Source of the DNA: Chitinophaga pinensis
GTDB taxonomy: Bacteria; Bacteroidota; Bacteroidia; NS11-12g; UBA9320
Direction: 5' to 3'
DNA: 42,176 nucleotides
Assembly (NCBI GenBank): GCA_945890595.1
Contig: CAMDCQ010000001.1
Coordinates: 1 to 42,176 of the forward strand
The notes below the pieces were generated by a model. It did not search any database. It saw nothing but the letters and a program-made list of their open reading frames with translations, and was not told the DNA's origin. Numbering within the stretch: position 1 is the first letter of the stretch; each line of letters opens with the position of its first letter. Shown in pieces: positions 10,489 to 19,121 of this stretch. A program made the position numbers and the translations under genes.

Positions 10489-10580
10489 AAAAAATGGCTG
10501 ACATCGCACCGCTACAACCTTTTACCCTTGCTGCATTCCTGCCCTGGGGGAGTTCAAAGGGAGCTGGTCGTGTCAGCCGG
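10489..10580 (-). ncRNA. ffs: Signal recognition particle RNA (small bacterial SRP / 4.5S type)
   Basis: Minus strand: GGCUGACACGACCAGCUCCCUUUGAACUCCCCCAGGGCAGGAAUGCAGCAAGGGUAAAAGGUUGUAGCGGUGCGAUGUCAGCC followed by AUUUUUU. The 5' GGCUGACA pairs with the 3' UGUCAGCC. The apex is AGG-GCA-GGAA-UGC-AGCA, i.e. the helix 8 GGAA tetraloop with conserved AGG/AGCA loop, comparable to E. coli AGG-UCC-GGAA-GGA-AGCA. A consensus promoter sits directly upstream. Ends are approximate. Confidence 0.8.
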
Positions 10581-10582
10581 CA

Positions 10583-10612
10583 CAAATGTAAGCAGAGATT
10601 TAGGTTCGGCAA
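10583..10612 (-). promoter_or_regulatory. Putative sigma-A promoter of the SRP RNA gene
   Basis: Minus strand reads TTG-ccgaacctaaatctctgct(19 nt)-TACATTTG, an exact TTG-N19-TAnnTTTG fit. It ends 4 nt before the GGCUGACA closing stem of the SRP RNA. Confidence 0.6.
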
Positions 10613-10710
10613 TACATTTATAGTAAATTTTTTGAGAGAATTAGCTTAAAAGTGTTGGAACGAAAATACGAGATGATTTATTGAATTTTGGCAAAGGCAC
10701 GAAACGTGGA

Positions 10711-13536
10711 TTACATTTCTAGCGCTAGATACTTTGCGGTATGACCTATGTCACTTTTTATCACATCTTCTGGCGTCCCAGTTACCAGTATTTGACCTCC
10801 CGCATTGCCACCTTCAGGTCCCACATCAATAATCCAATCTGCTACTTTCACTACGTCCAGATTATGCTCTATAACCAGTACGGTATTACCTAAGTCTACT
10901 AAATTTTGAAGAACACCTATTAATTGTTTTATGTCTTCAAAATGAAGTCCCGTAGTAGGTTCGTCTAGAATATAGAATGTTTGTCCGGTACTTATCTTAC
11001 TTAATTCTGTTGCCAGTTTAACCCGTTGGGCCTCTCCTCCAGAAATCGTAGTACTGCTTTGACCAAGAGTTATATAGCCAAGACCAACATCATTAAGTGC
11101 TTTTACTTTTCTATATATGCTTGGTACCGCTTCAAAGAAACCTACTGCTTCTTCTACGGTCATATCTAGCACATCACTAATACTCTTGTTTTTGTACCGT
11201 ATTTCGAGTGTTTCTCTGTTATACCTTTTCCCTTGACATGTCTCGCATTCTACCAGCACGTCAGGAAGAAAATTCATTTCTATCACTTTTTGTCCGCCGC
11301 CACCGCAGGTTTCACATCTCCCGCCTTTTACATTAAAGCTAAAGCGTCCAGGCTTATAGCCCCTTATTTTTGCCTCACCTATTTCCGAATAGAGTGTTCT
11401 AACATCAGAGAAAAATCCAACATAGGTAGCAGGATTACTTCTAGGCGTTCTGCCAATGGGCGACTGATCGATGGTAATTACCTTATCTATGTACTCTAAA
11501 CCTTTTACTTTATCATAAGGCAAGGGTTTTTTATTGGAATTATATACGTATTCAGAAAGTATAGGATGGAGCGTTTCATTTATCAAACTACTTTTACCGC
11601 TACCTGAAACGCCGGTTACGGCAATCAGTTTGCCTAATGGGAATTCTGCTGTTACATTTTTTAAATTATTACCGGTACAACCGCTTAGCACCAACTTCTT
11701 CCCTGTCCCCTTTCTCCTTTCAGTGGGGATTTCTATTTTTCGCTGACCTCCTAAATAATCAGAAGTGACAGTCCCGTTATTTTTGATGTCTTCCCATTTG
11801 CCCGCTGCGACAATCTCTCCGCCGTTTTTGCCCGCTCCAGGACCAATATCTACCACAAAGTCACTTTCTAAGATCATATCTCTATCGTGTTCCACTACGA
11901 TTACAGAATTGCCAATATCTCTTAATTCCTTAAGCGAATTGATAAGTCGCTTATTATCTCGTTGATGTAAACCTATACTAGGTTCATCTAATATATAAAG
12001 TACTTCTTCTAGTTGAGATCCTATTTGTGTTGCTAGTCGTATTCGTTGTGCCTCTCCTCCACTGAGCGTTTTTGAAGAATTATTTAGTGATAGATAAGAA
12101 AGGCCAACATCCAACAAAAACTTAACGCGCTCACGTATTTCTTTCAAAACTTCAGCCCCAATGGTAAGTTGTCTTTCACTCATGGTTGCCTCAACGGTGG
12201 TAAGCCATTCGTATAGCTCACTAATACTCATATTGCTCAAGTTGGCAATATTTAGTTCTCCAATTTTATATGAAAGCGCTTCTTTATTTAATCTCCCTCC
12301 ATGACAAGTGCGACAAGGCACTACGGTCATAAATTCATCCGCCCATCTACTAAGTGTCCCAAAATCTTTTTCAAAATAGGCCTCCATAAGCGAGGGAACG
12401 ACCCCTTTCCATTGGGTCTCATAAACCTGTTTATAACCCGAACTCCCTTTATATTCAACCTCAAATTTTTCTTCAGAACCATGAAGAATAATATTTAATA
12501 TCTCTCTATCCATCTCTGCTAATGGTTTAGACATATTAAACTTCAACTTTTTGCTCATTGCTTTTAGTTGCGTAAAGGTCCAATTATCTTTAACCTCACC
12601 CAAAGGAGCTAATCCCCCTTTATTTATACTTAATTTTGGGTTTGGTATAAGATCCTTTTCAAGTACATCAGATGAGGTTCCTAATCCGTCGCATGCAGTG
12701 CAAGCGCCATAAGGTGAGTTAAACGAAAAAAGATTAGGTTGGGCTTCATTGTAAGAAAGACCTGTTTCCACATCCATCAAGTACTTACTAAAGTGAGTGA
12801 GTTCTTTGGTCTCTGGATTTAAAACACTAACCACTCCTTTGCCCATTTTAATGGCTGCCCGTATGGAATCTGTAACTCTTAGGCTTCCTGCATCTTCAGG
12901 GCTAATGCGATCTATCACTAAGTCGATATCATGGATTTTATATCGATCTAGCTGCATGCCCGGCTCAATATCCAAAAGCTCGCCATCCACCCAAACTTTT
13001 GTATACCCTCTTTTTCGATACTGCTCAAAAATTTCTCTGTAATGTCCTTTTCTACCTTTGATTAAAGGTGCTAGAATCATCATTTTTTGAACCGCGAATT
13101 TCTCGTTTACAGCATTAATAATTTCTTGCTCCGTAAAGCTCTTCATTCTATTTCCACTGAGATAAGAATAGGCTTCACCCGCTCGGGCAAAAAGTAATCT
13201 CAAGAAATCATAAACCTCGGTAATTGTTCCCACAGTACTTCGGGGGTTCTTGCTTACGGTTTTTTGCTCTATGGCTATGACAGGACTTAACCCTTCGATT
13301 TTATCTACATCGGGTCGCTTCATATCGCCAACGAATTGACGTGCATAAGCTGAAAAAGTATCCATATACCTCCGCTGCCCTTCGGCAAAAATAGTATCGA
13401 ACGCTAGACTAGACTTGCCGCTGCCACTGAGTCCAGTGAAAACTACTAGTTTGTGACGCGGTATCTCTAAATCTACATTCTTCAGATTGTGCTCGCGTGC
13501 ACCTATTATTTTTATGGAATCTTGCTCGTTGATGAT
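10711..13536 (-). CDS. uvrA: Excinuclease ABC subunit A; start codon uncertain
   Basis: The tracked ORF (10711..13365) begins at [11 protein letters not shown], which is internal to UvrA. The same frame continues upstream as ...[57 protein letters not shown], i.e. the conserved N-terminus with Walker A. It contains no ATG/GTG/TTG before the in-frame stop at 13587..13585. The upper coordinate is the most upstream near-cognate ATC. The stop and body are secure (two ABC modules, zinc-finger Cys pairs). Confidence 0.85.
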   Translation of the reverse strand: [941 protein letters not shown]

Positions 13537-13700
13537 CGTATTTTTTAGAAGTCTGCGAAGGTACTTATTCTTCCGGTATGACGATTAAAGGATTATAAAA
13601 TAGTTATGGCATGTATGCACGACAAAAAAGAAGCCTTGATCAGAATTCTTTTTACTCAACTAAACGTCAGTATTCGACAAGTAATTGCTTTTTGACTGAC

Positions 13701-16472
13701 TTACATTACCACATTTACTATTCTTCCAGGCACCACAATTATCTTCTTAGGTGCTTGACCATCTAACCATTTTTGTACGGTTTCGTCTGCCAATACATTT
13801 TTCTCAATTTCTTCCTTGCTCATATCCAGCGGAAACTCCAAGTTCGTTCTTGTTTTACCATTTATAGATATAGGATAAAGCTTGGTGCTTTCCACCAACT
13901 TGCTCGCATCATAATCTGGCCACTTGGCATCTGCTATAAATCCTTCGTTACCTAAAGCTGACCATAGTTCTTCTGTGATATGTGGTGCAAAAGGAGCTAA
14001 TAAAACCAAAATTTGATCCAGTATTTCTTTGCTTCGGCAGTTCTGTGCGCCTAATTCATTGATGCAAATCATAAACTGAGCTACCGACGTGTTGAACGAG
14101 AAGCTATCGATATCATCGCTGATCTTCTTTATAGTTTTATGCAATGTTTTAACAGACTCCGCGCTTGGTGCTTCGGTGTTCCAAATTATATTTCCGTCTG
14201 TGTCAAAGAATAAGGCCCAAAGTTTTTTCAAAAATCGGTACGTACCGTCTATTCCTTTGGTACTCCAAGGCTTACTATCTTCCAGTGGGCCCAGAAACAT
14301 TTCATACAATCTAAGTGTATCTGCACCGTATTCTTCGCACACATCATCGGGGTTTACGACGTTAAACTTAGACTTAGACATTTTCTCCACTTGTGTTTTG
14401 AGATGAATAAGATTGTCTTTATCCGCTACTTTAGAAAAATCTATCTTCTCAAATCGATTATCCAAGGTTTGAAGTTCTATAAATTTATCCTGAGACAATG
14501 TCGCATCCTTACTTGCTAAATTTACGGGCACATGCAATTCCACGCCATTAGCTTCTAAAATCATGCTTTCCCCTTGTATCATCCCTTGATTTACCAATTT
14601 CTTAAACGGCTCGTCAAATGATATAAATTCTTTATCGAACAAGAATTTTGTCCAAAATCTACTATAGAGTAAATGGCCAGTTGCATGCTCTGTTCCTCCG
14701 ATATATAAGTCTACTTGATTCCAATATTCCAAACTTTCTTTCCCGGCAAATTCAGTATTGTTATTGGGATCCATATACCGAAGAAAATACCAGCTACTAC
14801 CTGCGTATCCTGGCATGGTATCCGTTTCTCTTCTGCCATTTAAGGTATTGACCCAAGCTTCGTTATTGGCGAGTGGACTCTCTCCTGTTCCTTTTGCTTC
14901 ATAACTATCCACAGGGGGCAGCTCCACAGGTAGCTCATTAATTACCGTAGGCACACCATCTCGGTGTATAATGGGGAATGGTTCACCCCAATAACGTTGA
15001 CGACTATAACCCGCATCACGCAGCTTATAATTTATTTTTTGAGTGCCAAAACCACGCTCTTCCGCCAACTGTATAATGGCACGCATCCCTTCCTTTACAG
15101 TAAGTCGGTCAAAGTTCTCACTGTTCATTAATCGCCCTTCTTTGGCATCGTATGGCAATTGGATATCGTCATTAGGAGCAGAATTCATTGATTCTACCAC
15201 TTGTATTATTTCCAAATCAAACTTCTGAGCGAAGGCATAATCTCGTTCATCATGAGCAGGAACTGCCATGATTGCGCCAGTCCCATATCCGCTCAAGACA
15301 TACTCAGAAATGTAAATGGGAAGTTTTTTGTGTGTAAATGGATGAATAGCAAAAGCTCCTGTAAAAATACCACTTACCGTTTTATCCTTTTTACGCTCTA
15401 ACTCCGATTTATTATTGGCAATTTCCGCATAGGCTTCTGTCTCTTGTCGCTGTGCCGCAGTTGTAATTTTTTGGACTAACTCGTGGTCTGGCGCAAGGAC
15501 CATAAACGTGCAGCCGAAGATGGTATCTGGTCGTGTAGTAAATACCTCAATAGCTTGCGATGTATTCTGACTTGCTCCTTCAACCTGATCATTAACAACC
15601 GTAAATGATATAGATGCCCCTTCACTTCTGCCTATCCAATTACGTTGTGTCTCTTTTATACTGTCGCTCCAATCTATTCTATTTAGTCCTTCGATCAATC
15701 GGTCTGCATATGCCGTAATTCGCAGGTACCATTGCTTCATTATCTTTTGAGTCACTGGATAGCCGCCCCGTTCAGAAAGACCATTTTTAACCTCATCATT
15801 AGCCAATACCGTTCCAAGCTCTTCGCACCAATTAACCGTAGTTTCTTTTTGAAATGCTAACCTGTAGCATTGTAAAACGACCTCTTTCTCTTGCTTTGTT
15901 TTTCGTTCCCAATCTTCTGCAGTAAAATTTACTAATTCATCTCCTGCATGTTGAACGTTTACATTCCCTTCATTTTCAAAAATAGTAATAAGCGCATTTA
16001 TACTTTCTGCCTTCTCAGTTTTTGCATTGTACCAGGACTCAAAAAGTTGGATAAATATCCATTGAGTCCATTTATAATAAGACGGATCTGTAGTCCTTAC
16101 TTCTCTGTCCCAATCATAGCAAAATCCTATTCTATTTAACTGTTCTTTGTAGCGCGCCAAATTTTCTTCTGTGGTAATCGCTGGATGTTGGCCCGTTTGA
16201 ATAGCGTATTGCTCGGCCGGCAAACCAAATGCATCAAAACCCATCGGGTGAAGTACATTAAACCCATTCAATCTCTTATAACGAGCAACGATATCAGACG
16301 CTATATATCCTAGTGGATGACCAACGTGCAATCCGGCTCCACTTGGATACGGGAACATATCCAAAGCATAATATTTAGGTTTACGATGGTCTAAAGTTGT
16401 TTTATAAATTTGCTTAGCAGACCATTCCGCTTGCCACTTAGCTTCTACTGATTTAAAATCGTATGAACTCAT
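13701..16472 (-). CDS. leuS: Leucine--tRNA ligase
   Basis: 923 aa with HIGH motif (GLHVGHPLGY), KMSKS motif (VEKMSKSKFN) and a typical bacterial LeuRS N-terminus (MSSYDFKSVEAKWQAEW). Confidence 0.97.
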   Translation of the reverse strand: MSSYDFKSVEAKWQAEWSAKQIYKTTLDHRKPKYYALDMFPYPSGAGLHVGHPLGYIASDIVARYKRLNGFNVLHPMGFDAFGLPAEQYAIQTGQHPAITTEENLARYKEQLNRIGFCYDWDREVRTTDPSYYKWTQWIFIQLFESWYNAKTEKAESINALITIFENEGNVNVQHAGDELVNFTAEDWERKTKQEKEVVLQCYRLAFQKETTVNWCEELGTVLANDEVKNGLSERGGYPVTQKIMKQWYLRITAYADRLIEGLNRIDWSDSIKETQRNWIGRSEGASISFTVVNDQVEGASQNTSQAIEVFTTRPDTIFGCTFMVLAPDHELVQKITTAAQRQETEAYAEIANNKSELERKKDKTVSGIFTGAFAIHPFTHKKLPIYISEYVLSGYGTGAIMAVPAHDERDYAFAQKFDLEIIQVVESMNSAPNDDIQLPYDAKEGRLMNSENFDRLTVKEGMRAIIQLAEERGFGTQKINYKLRDAGYSRQRYWGEPFPIIHRDGVPTVINELPVELPPVDSYEAKGTGESPLANNEAWVNTLNGRRETDTMPGYAGSSWYFLRYMDPNNNTEFAGKESLEYWNQVDLYIGGTEHATGHLLYSRFWTKFLFDKEFISFDEPFKKLVNQGMIQGESMILEANGVELHVPVNLASKDATLSQDKFIELQTLDNRFEKIDFSKVADKDNLIHLKTQVEKMSKSKFNVVNPDDVCEEYGADTLRLYEMFLGPLEDSKPWSTKGIDGTYRFLKKLWALFFDTDGNIIWNTEAPSAESVKTLHKTIKKISDDIDSFSFNTSVAQFMICINELGAQNCRSKEILDQILVLLAPFAPHITEELWSALGNEGFIADAKWPDYDASKLVESTKLYPISINGKTRTNLEFPLDMSKEEIEKNVLADETVQKWLDGQAPKKIIVVPGRIVNVVM

Positions 16473-16850
16473 TAATTTCTATTGAAAAGTGGGCAAATGT
16501 AGCAGAACCTAAACTATTTCACGGATATCTTATTGATTTTTGAAATCCATTGAAGCGCTGACACTCTCGATTTTTAAGAGACCAAACACAGACTGTGCAA
16601 AGAATTTTAAAACAGAAGATCACAACTTTTGCACGTGTTTATCGGTACTATTTAAGGTTTGTAAATCTGAATACGATACAACGTAATATGTTTCTATCAC
16701 CCTCAATATGAGTACTATAGAACAACATTTGTCAGAAAAGTAGTAACAAAACATTTTGATGCTATTTTTGCGCTTTATTGCTCCGAAAGCATTCTCATTA
16801 CTGAGAACGTCGTCATGAGAATTAAAACATAAGTATTTAACAAAAACACA

Positions 16851-17090
16851 ATGGCAAAAACAAAAAATACATCCACGGAAACAAGCAACATGTCAAAAGG
16901 ACAATTCGTATTTGGCAAACAAAATTATTATTTACTGCTCGCTTCGTTAGCCGTAGTGATTGTTGGCTTTATTATTATGTATGGAAAAGACGGAGATATT
17001 TATGACTTCAGACGAACAACGCTTGCTCCTATAGTAGTAGTTAGCGGTTTTGTACTTGGCATTTTTTCTATTTTCAAAAAAGCTAAATAA
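16851..17090 (+). CDS. Small two-TM membrane protein, DUF3098-like
   Basis: 79 aa with two hydrophobic spans (YYLLLASLAVVIVGFIIMY, LAPIVVVSGFVLGIFSIF). Its stop overlaps the uppP ATG (TAATG). I recall this family and synteny as common in Bacteroidota. Confidence 0.6.
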   Translation: MAKTKNTSTETSNMSKGQFVFGKQNYYLLLASLAVVIVGFIIMYGKDGDIYDFRRTTLAPIVVVSGFVLGIFSIFKKAK

Positions 17091-17884
17091 TGACTGTAAT
17101 AGAGTCATTGTTGCTTGGTGTTATTCAAGGACTTACTGAATTTTTACCCGTTAGCAGTAGCGGACACATAGAAATAGGCCAAGCACTATTAGGTACTGAA
17201 AGCTTAAAAGACCAAGAAGAATTGCTAAGTGTGGTATTACATGCTGCAACGGCTTTGGCCACTATTTTTGTTTTTCGTAAAGACATTCTCGCTATCATAA
17301 CCGGCTTGTTTAGCAAAGATTCTACAGAATCTAGAAAATTCGCTCTTTTTGTAGTAGCCTCAATGGTTCCAGCAGCCTTTGTTGGTCTTTTTTTTGATGA
17401 TTTATTGCAACAGTTATTTGAAGGCCAATTAATCTTAGTATGTGCAATGCTTTTACTCACGGGGGTATTATTACTCTTTGCAGACAAAGCAAAAATAAAA
17501 CACAATCAAGAACTTACCTTGGGCAAAGCCGTCATAATTGGCATAGCTCAAGCCATTGCCATCTTGCCAGGGATATCGCGTTCTGGAGCTACTATTTCTA
17601 CCTCTATTTTACTCAACATCGACAAAGCGCAAGCAGCACGTTTTTCTTTTTTAATGGTAATTCCCTTGATACTAGGAAAAATGGCAAAGGATATTTTAGA
17701 CGGAAAACTTCATTTAACGGAAGAGTTAGTAATGCCGTTTAGTGTGGGATTTATCGCCGCGCTTATCTCTGGAATATTTGCATGCCAATGGATGATTGCC
17801 ATTGTTAAAAGAAGTAAACTTTCTTATTTTGCCTATTACTGCTGGGCGGTTGGTACTATTGGTTTAGTGTACGCTTTAGTTTAG
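17090..17884 (+). CDS. uppP: Undecaprenyl-diphosphate phosphatase (BacA/UppP)
   Basis: GLTEFLPVSSSGH and PGISRSGATIS motifs; polytopic membrane protein of 264 aa. Confidence 0.92.
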   Translation: MTVIESLLLGVIQGLTEFLPVSSSGHIEIGQALLGTESLKDQEELLSVVLHAATALATIFVFRKDILAIITGLFSKDSTESRKFALFVVASMVPAAFVGLFFDDLLQQLFEGQLILVCAMLLLTGVLLLFADKAKIKHNQELTLGKAVIIGIAQAIAILPGISRSGATISTSILLNIDKAQAARFSFLMVIPLILGKMAKDILDGKLHLTEELVMPFSVGFIAALISGIFACQWMIAIVKRSKLSYFAYYCWAVGTIGLVYALV

Positions 17885-18265
17885 AACAAACTTCGGCAGC
17901 AGAACCATTGCAGGCACATCTACCTCAAACTCCTCTCTACTTTTTAGTTCACAAAAGGTAAAGAAGCCATTCATGGTACCATAGTCACCACTTAACGGAC
18001 ACCAAGATTCATATTCAAATTTTTCACCTGGCTTTAATTTAGGTTGTTGGCCAATTACTCCTTCACCTTCTACCTCTCGCTCTCCAAATAACCCATCTGT
18101 GATGTACCAATGTCTTCTCAATAGTTGTACCGCATGCGCAGATCTATTTAAAATGGTAATATGATAACTAAAAACATAAGACGCACCGCTAAGACGTTGA
18201 TCGGTTTCGTGCGTGGGAATTGCGATAATTTCAACCGTTTTGGCTATTTCGTTTAAGATACTCAC
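17876..18265 (-). CDS. apaG: ApaG (DUF525) domain protein
   Basis: 129 aa reading ...YVFSYHITILNRS...VQLLRRHWYITDG...EVEGEGVIGQQPKLKPGE.FEYES, which matches ApaG. GTG start. Its 3' end overlaps the uppP 3' end by 9 nt (convergent). Confidence 0.8.
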   Translation of the reverse strand: MSILNEIAKTVEIIAIPTHETDQRLSGASYVFSYHITILNRSAHAVQLLRRHWYITDGLFGEREVEGEGVIGQQPKLKPGEKFEYESWCPLSGDYGTMNGFFTFCELKSREEFEVDVPAMVLLPKFVLN

Positions 18266-18420
18266 TATTTGATACCTGCAAGTAAACTACAAGCAAATGA
18301 GAAAAACTATTTTTAGCGTGTTAAATATGGTCAAAAAATAAAACATGTAGATCGCACACTATTTATTAGTCCGCTATCATTCGAAAGTAAAAAAAAAACC
18401 GTTGCTTTGTCCTGCACTTC

Positions 18421-19026
18421 ATGAGCACCTCTTCTAATCTTATAAACAAAGCCGTTGAGCAATTATCTCGTTTCCCGGGAATTGGTCAAAAAAGTGCGTT
18501 GCGCATGGCTTTGTATTTACTGAAAAGACCCGATACTGAGGCAATGGAGCTTAGTCAAGCGATTTTGAAAATGCGTACCGAGATTAAATTTTGTGTTAAA
18601 TGTTATAACATTAGCGATGCTGACATTTGCAATGTTTGTGCTTCTCCTAGTAAAGATTCAAGTATTGTTTGTGTAGTAAAAGATTTTCAAGATGTACTTG
18701 CTATTGAAAACACAGGACAATACAACGGGCATTTTCATGTTTTAGGTGGCTTAATATCACCCGTAGATGGCATCGGTCCCAGTGATGTGAGAGTACCCGA
18801 ATTACTACAAAGAGCAGCAACAGGAGAAATTAAAGAAGCTATTTTAGCACTAAGTAGCACATTAGAAGGAGACACCACCGAATATTACATTGCAAAAAAA
18901 TTAGGAGAAATCGGGGTAAAAGTGACTACGTTAAGCAAAGGAATTGCCGTAGGCGGAGAGCTAGAGTATGCTGATGAAATGACACTTGCACGCTCCATCC
19001 GAAATAGAGTAAGCTTAGAATCATAG
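18421..19026 (+). CDS. recR: Recombination protein RecR
   Basis: LSRFPGIGQKSALRMALYLL helix-hairpin-helix, C4 zinc finger CVKCYNISDADICNVC, then a Toprim region. 201 aa. Confidence 0.95.
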   Translation: MSTSSNLINKAVEQLSRFPGIGQKSALRMALYLLKRPDTEAMELSQAILKMRTEIKFCVKCYNISDADICNVCASPSKDSSIVCVVKDFQDVLAIENTGQYNGHFHVLGGLISPVDGIGPSDVRVPELLQRAATGEIKEAILALSSTLEGDTTEYYIAKKLGEIGVKVTTLSKGIAVGGELEYADEMTLARSIRNRVSLES

Positions 19027-19044
19027 TACACTACTATTTTTTTT
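19024..19044 (+). terminator. Weak intrinsic terminator after recR
   Basis: TAGTA-cac-TACTA (5-bp AT-rich stem) followed by T8. It overlaps the recR stop codon. Confidence 0.3.
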
Positions 19045-19121
19045 AATAATTCTACCCTTATTACCATAAAATCTATAATTATTATAATGTTATTTGCATC
19101 GCAAATAGTTATAGTACAAAA

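Noticed and set aside
10597-10612. aggttcggcaa, superficially like a tRNA T-arm (GGTTCGA)
   Set aside because: There is no acceptor stem, D-arm or anticodon arm around it. It falls in the spacer of the SRP RNA promoter. No tRNA or rRNA genes were seen anywhere in the window.
17125-17742. ORFs 17125..17505 (-) and 17440..17742 (+) inside uppP
   Set aside because: These are an antisense frame and an alternative frame of a well-conserved membrane protein gene, and their sequences are not protein-like. The same reasoning applies to the short ORFs inside the PorZ-like gene, uvrA, leuS, the DHS-like gene, fahA, the PBP gene, SusC/SusD, dnaJ, murQ and rpsB.
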